The notes under the pieces: generated by a model
Told to the model about the DNA's origin: nothing
The model's database searches: none
Seen by the model: the letters and a program-made list of their open reading frames with translations, nothing else
Position numbers and translations under genes: made by a program
In this document: positions 23,676-31,078 of the stretch, in pieces
Layout: each line of letters opens with the position of its first letter
Numbering within the stretch: the stretch's first letter is position 1
Assembly: GCA_036172245.1 (NCBI GenBank)
Contig: JAYWIR010000050.1
Coordinates: forward strand, 930,001 to 994,000
Source of the DNA: Raillietiella orientalis
Taxonomy: Eukaryota
Direction of reading: 5' to 3'
DNA length: 64,000 bases

Positions 23676-26600
23676 GCCTGAAGATTCTTTCACAATAATG
23701 TTCTCATTCCACAACAAAGCATCGTAGGATTGCTTATGGCCATGCTGTCCAGGTAACGTACCCGCATTAATCTGATCCACTTCTGTTCCCAACATGCCAT
23801 GATGCCGCCATGATGGATTGTTTTTTGTTTCTTGTTGTTTTATGTTTTTATTTGGGTGGGGTGGGGTGGGGTGGGTTGGGGGGTGGGATGAAGGGATCGA
23901 AGGGTGGAGCCCTTCCTTTTGGCGGCGCAGCGCGCTCTGGCTTCCTCGGTGGCCTTCCCAGCGGCAGCCGTCCTCCGCCTCCTGCAAGAGGGAGGGGGAG
24001 GGTGGAGGGACGCACCGCCGCTACCCCTCGCGGCCGGGATCGATCCGAGGGCAGACGGCGCGCCCGCCTGCGCGCGCGCGCGTGCGGCGCGCTGCCGGAT
24101 TCCTGATGCATGCGACCTCTGCCCGCACCTGGACCGTTCCTGCTTCCCTCCCTTTCCCTCGTGTGTGGTGTGGTGACAGAGAGGCCTCTTTCCCCCGGGT
24201 GATCCTCGTGAGCGCGTGCTTGTGAGGGTGAGATGGGGGGAGGGGGCTGGCTGGCTGTTGGGGTGGGTGTTCCTCTCCCCTCTGTATCTTAGCGAGCAAC
24301 AGGATCCAGGTAACAGGGAGTGGTGCGTGAGAGTGGCGAGCGAGAAAGGTCCTCACCCTGAGAGAGAGTTGTGGTGGTGGCTGGCGCGGGAAGCGTCCTC
24401 TAGAGGAGCGCGGGAGCTCACCATCTCTCCGCCGGCCTTCCAGGGAGAGCCTCAACGCCATGTACGGAGTCGTGCGGGTCTTCGTGGCGACCCACAGCGG
24501 CCTCCTGCGATGGCAGGACTACCTGTCCGGAGGGGACGCGAAGGATTCGGCAGAGTAGGCGACCTGCACCTTCTCCCTTCCTCACACTCTCCCCTCCCCT
24601 CCCCCCAAGGGAGTGGTCCCGCAGCAACGACAGGGCCACTGAGCAGCTGTGGTACCGCCGTGCCGTCGACTACAACTACAACAACAAGGAGGCTGAGAGC
24701 TTTGTCTTCTCGGTGCCCTTCGACGGTGCCTCCGGCAACGACACCCTCATCACCGCCACTCAGGCGATATTCCTGGAGAGGAACGGCCACAGATCGCCCG
24801 TCGCGGTCACCGGCATCCAGCTGAGGCACTCGGCCTTCGCGCAGCTCTTCTGGAACGTCAGCGGGAAGGTGAGCCGCCCCAAGGGGAGGAAGGGCCAGGC
24901 GCCCCATCACCCGCTCCCTCTCGCGGCAGTGCTGGTCGGACAAGCACTGCCAGACATGCCTATCGTCCGACATGACCTGCTACCTGCTCGACGACAACGG
25001 CTTCGTGGTAGTTTCCAAGAAGAACGAGGACACGGGCAGATTCTTCGGCGAGATCGACGGGACGATCATGGACTCCCTCGTCCAAGACGGCGTCTACAAG
25101 AAGATCCGCATCTTCGACTACCAGGGCGTCTGCTTCGACACGGAGGACTCGGCGGATTCCGCCAGCTTCCTGGTGACGGTGAGCGGCGACCGGCCGACCG
25201 GAGGGCGCGCGCAAGCGCTTCCGCCCCAGCCCGACCGCCTTCCGCGGAGAGGTGGCGAAGCTCCGGCGGCTGCTGCTCGGGGCATTGAGGGCGTCACCTC
25301 GACCCGGGGCGGATGTCCCGAGTGTCGCCCAGCAGAGGAGGGAAGGGGCTCTGCGGCCTTCCGCGCGTCCCCTTTTCGGAAACCTTCCACTCGTCCCCGC
25401 TTCGGGAAGGCCCATCTGGCCCGGTGATCCGCCTTGCCGCTCTGGCGCGGGCGCAGCCCTCTCCGGGAGGAACCAGCGGGCGTCGGATAGCAGGGCGCGG
25501 GTAGATTGGCGCCGCAAAGAGGGGTGCTGACTAGGCGCACGTCCAGCCCTCGTGAAAGGGTAAGAAGAGACGTGTGGAAGGTCCCAGGAATAAGCGGCGA
25601 GGGCGAGTCCAGCTCGGCGCGGATGCACGAACGGAACGCGAAGAGGCTGCCTCCCGCTGCTCTGGCAACCCCTCGTTCCTCCGCATCTTTCACTTTTCCC
25701 TGAAATCCTTGTGGGTTCCCCTGCTTTCCCTGCTTCCCTTCCAGCCTTTCTTTTTCTTCTTTTGGGTTGACACATTGACCAAATGCTGAAGGACCGTATG
25801 CCTCCTCGGGGGGAAGGGAGGTGAGGTCGCGAAGCTCTTCGACGCTGCCCGCACCACCCGAGGATGCGTGTGGCTCTTCAAGACGTGGGGGTACCCTGGG
25901 AAGGGGAGACCACCCTATGAATCCGGGAAGGGCTCAAGAGAGAGGAGTCCGTTCCTCCCTTCAGAGAGGGATGAGAAGAGGATGGGCGAGGGATAAGAAT
26001 GGCGGATGACTCCTCCGGGTAGGTAGTTTTATGTAGGATCCGTGGAGAACGGGTAGATGACGACCTCCCCCCATCAGATCCTGGGGACGGCGTGCCTGCC
26101 GCTCGTCCTGGGATGAGCGCGCGCATCCTGGTCTGGATAGCCCCTTGGCGGTCGCCGTAGCCTCCCTTCTCCCTTGCGGATCGTCCTCCTCTCTGGGGCA
26201 CTCTTGGTGCAGGAGTAGGATGCTTGGGGAGCGGCACGCATCCCGCCTCCTTGATGCCTGGAAAACTCTGGAACTTCCCAGCTCCCGGGTTTTCCAGGGG
26301 CGCAAAGGAATCGCTTCCGGATAGCAGAAGAGGAGGATCGTATAAGGGGAGGGAGATAGAGCCTGTCACTCCTGATGATCGCCTTCGCCGTCCTGGAGAG
26401 GCGTTCCCGAAATCGACGCCTTCGCGCTTTCCCGGATGGTTCCAATGGGAACCCATCGTCGCCCTGGTTGTCTCCGAAGGGAGAGCCACCTCTTCCTTAT
26501 TCTCTCCGGAGGAAATCCCCGGTTTGTGGGGGTCGCTTGTTCCTCCATGGGGAACCCGAAAAGGATCCATTCCTTTCCTTCCCTGAAGAGGACCCCGAAG

Positions 26601-29600
26601 GGAAGCTTCCCGGTTTCCTCTGAAGGGATGCTCCCCGAAGGGAACAGCGCTCGCTTCTTGACGCTCTGGAAAGGGATCGACCGACCACTTCCATAGTACG
26701 GGATGGAGATTCTTCCGCTGAGGGGGGGGGGAAGGGAAAGGAGGGGGAACCCCATAGGACCCCTTGATGTCCTGGAAGGACCTCGAAAGGTCAACTTCCA
26801 ATCCCAGGCGGTCAACGGGACGATGAGGGGAGTTTCCGGCTTCCCATCGGTGCCGCCGCACCCTAACCAGCGCCATCCTGTGAGGGACACTGGAAACCCA
26901 GGGCGCACCCCCTTCATTTCTCGGTGTCGATACTTCCTCCGGGCGGGGATTCGAATCCGCGACGCCTGGCGCCACGCGCGCGAAGACCGCAGCCACGCGG
27001 CCTCTGGCGCGAGCGAGTGGAAGGGGGGAAGAGGGGGGGAAGGAATGGAGGAGGGGTGCTTCTTCCTATCGGCGGCTAGTCCTCTTCCCGGGAACAGTGC
27101 GGGGCCTGCCCTGTGCCCCGGCTCGATCCGGCGGTCCTCCGGACTAGCTTCGGCTGCCCGACGTCCTCTGCGCGCCCAAAGTGTTCTTTCGGACGAATTC
27201 TCCCTCTGCTGGCCGCCCGCCGCCGCCCCGCCGCGGGGGGAGAGGGCCGGCAGTCCCCCGCCCGGCCCCGTTCAGAGGGACGTCCTTGCAGCCTCTGCAG
27301 CACGCGTACCACGTGGCCATCTGGTTTCTGGGGAAGGTGTGGTGGGTGCTGATCCAGACGCACCTCCTGCAGTGGTTCCACCCCGACTTCGCCTGCTCGC
27401 TGGACTACGAGGAAAGTAAGGCTTCCTTCCCCCTTTCCCCCTCCCGCTTCCCCCGCGTCGGGGAATGCCTCTGGCGCGACCGGCGGGCGGGCACCTCTCT
27501 CTCGTCCGAACAGGTTACATCGAGGAGGGCAACTTCTCCTTCGCGGAGGACTTCGACGACATCGAGGGCACGGAGCACCTGTGGAAGAGGGCGTACATCA
27601 AGAAGACCAAGATCCGTGGCTGCGACAAGCAGGTGGACCTCTACTCGCTCGACAGCCACAGGCTGGTGACCGGCGACAACAAGCACGTCGCCCTGAAGGG
27701 GAAGCTCACCAACTGCAACTCGTACGGCTGCGAAAGGTACCGTGAGCGCGTGGGAACGGTGCCGACCCCCGAGCCGTGCGGAACCGCCGTTTTCTAACGA
27801 CACTTTCTACAGACCATTCACCATACAGAAGGTGCTCTATACTAACCTCGTCCTGTTGATTATAGAAAATAGATGCCCTTGCGAATCTAAGACGCTATCC
27901 ATCGAACCCACCGAGATCGCCTACGACGAAGCCACCAACTGCGACCGGCTCAGGTCCAACGTCTATCGTAAGAGGCCTCCGGTCGCCTGCCTCAACTACC
28001 ACCCAGAAGTAAGTGCGGAGCACCTCCTGGCGCATCCTTCGCGAAGCGAGCTCGCAGGCGGGAAGAGGAAGAGGAAAAAAAAAACAATACGATTGTTTAC
28101 TAGTGCTGCTATCATCTGTCAATGTTGCCGCTCTTACCTTTAATGCTGCTGTTACTACTATTCCTACTGCTGCTATCCCTGTTGCTGTCCCTATTAATGC
28201 CACTGCTGTTATTACTATTTCTATTGTTGCTGTTACTGTTAATGCCATTACTGTTATTCCTATTGCCGTTAATGCTTCTGTTACCATTATTATTACTATG
28301 GCCTTTTTTAATATGATTACTGACACTATTGTTCCTGCTGTTATGAGTGCTATTACTATCACTGCCATCACCATTATTTCTATTACTATTTATGCTACCA
28401 TTACTACTATTTTTATTGCTATTAATTCTATTATTACCATTGCTGCTATATCTATTGTTGCTGTTACCATTGCTACTATTACTACTCTTGCTATCACCAT
28501 TATTACTGTTATTATCATTACTGTTATCCCTGTTGCTGCTATTCCTACTATCGCCGCATTATTTATAGTACTTTTATCACATGCTGTTATCACCATTTGT
28601 GGTACTACTACTACAGCCGCTTTTATCACTGGCGGCCGCCCCATCTGGAGAACGCACCCCCTTCCAGTTCGGGGTAGCGGCGGCGCTGGCAGGCGGTCGA
28701 TCCGTTTTTGCTTCCCGCGAGAGAGCGCGCGCACACGCTGTCAACTCCGCTTGGAAAGAGGGAAGCGGGGAAGAGCCGTCGCTCGGATCCATTCCGCTTC
28801 GGGCCACTTCCCTGCGGAAGGAACCTCCTCAGGGAAGAAAGGGAGGGAGGGAGGAAAACAGACGCGCGTCCGTGGCAGTCGATCGCGAATACCCGCAGGA
28901 TTCGCGCCCGCGACGTTCCCGTCGCCTCGACGCGTCCCGAGATACCAGCGCGCGGCGCCGGGACCTTGTGGGATATGACCCCGCAATCTGTGGTGGGACG
29001 CACCACGCTCGAATCGACGAGGGACCTGCCGGCGAGGGTCACCTCGAAGGGGAGAGGGAAAAACAAAGAGAAATAAATAAAAATGAATGAAAACGCTCTG
29101 GAGGGCCGGGAAGGGATCGCTGCCCGCTGGAGGGAGTCCCCTGCATGCTGTCCGGGATGCCGGCCACGTCCGTCTGCGCGGCACCCGGGGGGGAAGGCTG
29201 TCTGGCCGCCATCCGCAGGAAGCGGAAGTGCGTTCCGATAGTGTCCCGCTCGTTCGGCCCTCCTTCCGCGTCGCTTTAGACCGCCACGAGCCCAGCAAAG
29301 GGCTGCTGGGGCTGCGACTGGCAGCAGGGCCTCTCCAGCACGAAGAGGAGCTTGGGAACGTTCCTGGGGATGCCAACCGGGGTCAGCAGGGTCGTCTCGA
29401 AACGTCCCCATACGAGACGGAGGGCAACACAGTCCACTGGCAGGCGCGGGAGGGGGGATTCCCCTTGCCCGCACCTGCGTCAGTCCGGGATCCTCCCCTC
29501 TCCTCCCCGTCCGGTTCGGGCGATGTCGGCATGGGCGCTGCTTGCAGGGAAACTCCCTGCGACTCTCGCCGTCGGGCTCGTCGGGAGCGCGGCGCGCGTC

Positions 29601-30692
29601 TTCCGCGTGTTCCGTTCGCGCTGCAGGGAGGGGAAGCTCCGTCGGCCTTCCTGTCGCCGCCGCGGAGTTCCCGGCGCTGCTGGCGAACGCTCGAGGGAAA
29701 AGGCGACTCCGGGGCTCGGCGGCTCCGACTCGGGACTCTGCCCCCGGAAAGCCGTCGTCCGCTTGGCCGAGCGCCTCTCGCGGACTCGACGACGAGGGTC
29801 GCGGTCCGGTCGTTGACCCTTCCCGCCTGAGGACGTGGCGTCTCTTGCACGGCCGATCGGCGCCGCCCCTGGAGCCGCGCGAAGCGGACGTCCCGTCTCC
29901 CGTGCCGGATGGGAAACGCCCCGAAGCCCGACGCGCCCTTCACCCCCGATCCGGGTCGTTGGGGGTGTGCCCACTCTCGAATCGTGTGCGGGTGCCGTAG
30001 GCGATTCCCTTTCTTGCCCCGCGGGTCAAGCATCAAGAGTCCGCGAATGCGGTCGCGGTCGCAGTGCCTCGGTCTGCCGCCCTTCCTTCCCGCTGTCCGA
30101 ACGCCTCCGAGGTCGCGGGCCGCCTTTCGCGGGCCGCCCCGCGACGTTCCTGCGTAGCGGTGGCTTCCGTCGGGCCTCCTCCTCCTCCTGTCCGCCGGAC
30201 GCGGCGTCCAAGAGGGGGAAATCTCGCGCTGCCTGACCCGTAGAGCGGCTGCGCCGCCGGGAGCGAAGTTGAGACCAGCGGGTCGTCTGGCTAGTCCGGG
30301 GCATTCCCGCTGACCTTTTGTCCGCAAGCAGCCCGTTTGACCGCTCCGTCCGGGAGGCCCGCGCGCGCGCCTCCTTCCTAAGCGTGAGCACCCGAGAGCG
30401 GCGTTCTCAGCAAGGGGCGTCACTCATGCAGGGAGCGCCCACGTCCTCGACCTCACGTCGCCATGACGTTTGCGCCACGCTTGTCGATTGCCCCGACTGC
30501 GGTACGGTCGGCAAGGCAACGGAAAGAAAGGCAACGGAAGACGTCGAGAATCGTGCATGCACGTATCCGTTATTTTTTCCCTCTCTCTCTTTCCAGGAAG
30601 AACAGATCAAGGAATGCGGAAGCAGCTGGAACATCCACCTGCCTTACTACTTACTGATTCCATCAGTGATAATCTCATACGCGTGCTCTTAA
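2473..30692 (+). CDS. CACNA2D3: Voltage-dependent calcium channel alpha2-delta subunit (alpha2delta-3/4-like, straightjacket-like), 5'-partial; join(2473-2665,6480-6616,9195-9425,10951-11034,12251-12331,13409-13483,13644-13748,17026-17097,17149-17290,17426-17471,22114-22253,22525-22563,22617-22713,23720-23752,24444-24554,24610-24868,24930-25178,27292-27415,27514-27736,27813-28008,30597-30692)
   Basis: All 20 introns are GT-AG and their phases chain into one stop-free frame (2733 nt). Family motifs appear in order: CNQAIMLITDG (VWA), [109 protein letters not shown]..YHPEE...CG plus hydrophobic tail. Exact paralog assignment is by recalled similarity, not phylogeny. Confidence 0.95.
3660..4050 (-). 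mobile_element. LINE APE-endonuclease relic
   Basis: Minus frame PSGCWRV...LLELTNLYAP followed by RIIMGE (cf. L1/Tx1 N-YAP and I-GDFN). Confidence 0.4.
4540..5000. mobile_element. Dispersed repeat family B containing a tRNA-like A/B-box module
   Basis: Minus strand TGACACGGTGA...GGGTTCGAATCCCGG near 4693-4740; homologous segments at 15900-16180 (inverted), 18150-18300, 4285-4400 and 14650-14700. Confidence 0.6.
6480..6616 (+). CDS. CACNA2D3: alpha2-delta exon B (GYYVHIDTLSEV...WTSVYADLS)
   Basis: cag acceptor; G|GTGAGT donor; phase 1/0. Confidence 0.95.
9195..9425 (+). CDS. CACNA2D3: alpha2-delta exon C (DPALTDWYWEKR...TFGFAQ), variable insert region
   Basis: ttcag acceptor; A|GTTAGT donor; 231 nt, phase 0/0; strong coding-type codon bias. 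Confidence 0.85.
10260..10750 (-). mobile_element. Second LINE family 3' fragment (zinc-knuckle relic)
   Basis: Lower-GC block; minus frame DQCPARG*AEDDLHVVSGTC...TIWDVH resembles a degenerate CCHC knuckle with in-frame stops. Confidence 0.4.
10951..11034 (+). CDS. CACNA2D3: alpha2-delta exon D (DPDEEALEDEYHYVTTVATPVFDRKNYT)
   Basis: ctgcag acceptor; G|GTAAGG donor; phase 0/0. Confidence 0.93.
11384..11525. repeat. Dispersed repeat, inverted partner of 15001-15177
   Basis: ctatgggacctttcgatgcagccaccccacctctgctgccgcct matches the reverse complement of about 15098-15143. Confidence 0.8.
12251..12331 (+). CDS. CACNA2D3: alpha2-delta exon E ([27 protein letters not shown])
   Basis: ttccag acceptor; AG|GTGAGT donor; Cache motif. 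Confidence 0.95.
13409..13483 (+). CDS. CACNA2D3: alpha2-delta exon F ([25 protein letters not shown])
   Basis: ttgcag acceptor; G|GTGAGT donor; Cache motif. Confidence 0.95.
13644..13748 (+). CDS. CACNA2D3: alpha2-delta exon G (FSGILKPNYNSVDLVDVE...ELLL)
   Basis: tttcag acceptor; G|GTGAGT donor. Confidence 0.93.
15001..15177. repeat. Dispersed repeat, inverted partner of 11384-11525
   Basis: Reverse complement of 11384-11525 with two short indels. Confidence 0.8.
15900..16180. mobile_element. Repeat family B, inverted copy
   Basis: Reverse complement of about 4665-4990. Confidence 0.6.
17026..17097 (+). CDS. CACNA2D3: alpha2-delta exon H (MRRDMVDQVQGETRLNMKIHLDAM)
   Basis: tag acceptor; G|GTAAGG donor. 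Confidence 0.9.
17149..17290 (+). CDS. CACNA2D3: alpha2-delta exon I (KRVTTRRQKYFYHPINGTPFSLGIAVP...)
   Basis: cccag acceptor; A|GTAAGT donor; phase 0/1. Confidence 0.93.
17426..17471 (+). CDS. CACNA2D3: alpha2-delta exon J (ITSYFQGDNWTIHPNW)
   Basis: tttcag acceptor; G|GTGAGT donor; phase 1/2. Confidence 0.92.
18150..18300 (-). mobile_element. Repeat family B, tRNA-like module copy
   Basis: Minus strand TGGCACGGTGG (A box) and GGGTTCGAATCC (B box); shares the flanking gcataaaa..ggcgtc..cgccg motif. Confidence 0.6.
21165..21870. repeat. Degenerate trinucleotide tract (TAC/TAT/TGC/TGT) with a conserved unique core, copy 1
   Basis: AT-rich 3-periodic tract; 21781-21829 matches 28552-28600 at 43/49. 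Confidence 0.85.
22114..22253 (+). CDS. CACNA2D3: alpha2-delta exon K (WVYCRYRYED...PGWKWYS...)
   Basis: ttccag acceptor; T|GTAAGT donor; phase 2/1 completes the HPNW-VYC motif. Confidence 0.93.
22525..22563 (+). CDS. CACNA2D3: alpha2-delta exon L, 39 nt (YPHLQSFDPFSYF)
   Basis: Strong polypyrimidine tract + ccag; T|GTGAGT donor; symmetric phase 1/1. Confidence 0.85.
22617..22713 (+). CDS. CACNA2D3: alpha2-delta exon M ([19 protein letters not shown]...)
   Basis: tttcag acceptor; GG|GTAAGC donor; phase 1/2. Confidence 0.93.
23720..23752 (+). CDS. CACNA2D3: alpha2-delta 33-nt microexon (G-IVGLLMAMLS-R), probably a cassette exon
   Basis: acaacaaag|C ATC GTA GGA TTG CTT ATG GCC ATG CTG TCC AG|GTAACG; symmetric phase 2/2 matches both neighbours; sits in an AT-richer island inside a GC-rich intron. 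Confidence 0.7.
24444..24554 (+). CDS. CACNA2D3: alpha2-delta exon O ([24 protein letters not shown]...)
   Basis: ttccag acceptor; GA|GTAGGC donor; phase 2/2. Confidence 0.9.
24610..24868 (+). CDS. CACNA2D3: alpha2-delta exon P (EWSRSNDRATEQLWYRRAVDY...VAVTGIQL...)
   Basis: Polypyrimidine tract + aag; AG|GTGAGC donor; phase 2/0. Confidence 0.93.
24930..25178 (+). CDS. CACNA2D3: alpha2-delta exon Q (CWSDKHCQTC...CYLLDDNGF...GRFFGEIDG...DYQGVC...)
   Basis: ggcag acceptor; G|GTGAGC donor; phase 0/0. Confidence 0.95.
25700..27003 (-). mobile_element. tRNA-derived SINE-like family A, copy 1
   Basis: Head TGGCTGCGG...GGATTCGAATCC (A/B-box-like, 26947-26958); 26563-27003 is near-identical to 40301-40743; tail matches 55975-56200 and 60290-60485. 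Confidence 0.75.
25965..26460 (-). mobile_element. L1/Tx1 ORF2 post-RT fragment inserted in SINE A copy 1
   Basis: Absent from the other SINE A copies; minus frames give RLSRTAKAIIRS and REKGGYG...RMRAL (cf. LS-GK--I--S and GGLG motifs). Confidence 0.4.
27292..27415 (+). CDS. CACNA2D3: alpha2-delta exon R (PLQHAYHVAIWFLGKVWWVLIQ...)
   Basis: ttgcag acceptor (a second in-frame cag lies 9 nt downstream); A|GTAAGG donor; hydrophobic segment near the alpha2/delta junction. Confidence 0.9.
27514..27736 (+). CDS. CACNA2D3: alpha2-delta exon S (YIEEG...KKTKIRGCDKQVDLY...GKLTNCNSYGCER)
   Basis: aacag acceptor; AG|GTACCG donor; phase 1/2. Confidence 0.92.
27813..28008 (+). CDS. CACNA2D3: alpha2-delta exon T (PFTIQKVLYTNLVLLII...YRKRPPVACLNYHPE)
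   Basis: CTAAC branch point + tacag acceptor; A|GTAAGT donor; phase 2/0. Confidence 0.95.
28090..28640. repeat. Degenerate trinucleotide tract with a conserved unique core, copy 2
   Basis: Same composition, orientation and terminal core as copy 1. Confidence 0.85.
30597..30692 (+). CDS. CACNA2D3: alpha2-delta terminal coding exon (EEQIKECGSSWNIHLPYYLLIPSVIISYACS*), GPI-anchor-type signal
   Basis: Long polypyrimidine tract + ccag; CG + small residues + hydrophobic tail with no cytoplasmic domain, as established for alpha2-delta; TAA followed by TGA. Confidence 0.92.
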   Translation, partial: EEQIKECGSSWNIHLPYYLLIPSVIISYACS

Positions 30693-31072
30693 TGATATCT
30701 CTCGTATTTCTAACAGTCTTCCTAATCGGTGCTCTTAGTTCGATATTAACGGAACTACTCCAATACGTATTTCTTTAATAATGAACACTGATCTCTCCCT
30801 TGTTGTGATACGGACATTTTCGAAACGAGGAACCGCCAACTCCCCACGCCAAGAATGTTCCTCCCACCCCCACCCGCCACCCCCGTCCTAGTACCCCAGA
30901 CTGCCTTCGCGATGGAAAGGAACACCGGGCTCTCTCTCACCTCCCGGAAGCAGGGAAAAGGAAGGAAAGGAAAAAGAAAAGAGAATGCGGAGCCGACCCT
31001 GGACGGAGATCCGTTCCGGACAGCTGTCCACGCAGCGAATAGAAAAATAGATATCGAGTGACGTTTACCAAG

Positions 31073-31078
31073 AATAAA
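31073..31078 (+). promoter_or_regulatory. Candidate polyadenylation signal (AATAAA) of the alpha2-delta gene
   Basis: AATAAA about 380 nt after the stop, followed by a GT/T-rich stretch (ttttgtaagggttgttttc); the true UTR could be longer. Confidence 0.4.

Noticed and set aside
26935..27003. tRNA genes at the GTTCGAATCC-like motifs (also near 4700, 18220, 40690, 56830, 59815)
   Set aside because: No complete cloverleaf or anticodon arm; embedded in longer dispersed repeats, so treated as SINE heads.
28013..28978. Ile/Thr/Ala-rich and poly-Leu ORFs resembling membrane proteins
   Set aside because: Translations of the second trinucleotide tract in the last intron.
30596..30778. Alternative-frame hydrophobic tail (NLIRVLLMISLVFLTVFLIGALSSIL...) overlapping the last exon and UTR
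   Set aside because: I found no convincing splice path from the phase-0 donor at 28008 into this frame; T-rich UTR sequence readily translates as hydrophobic; the main frame already gives the expected CG + GPI-type signal.
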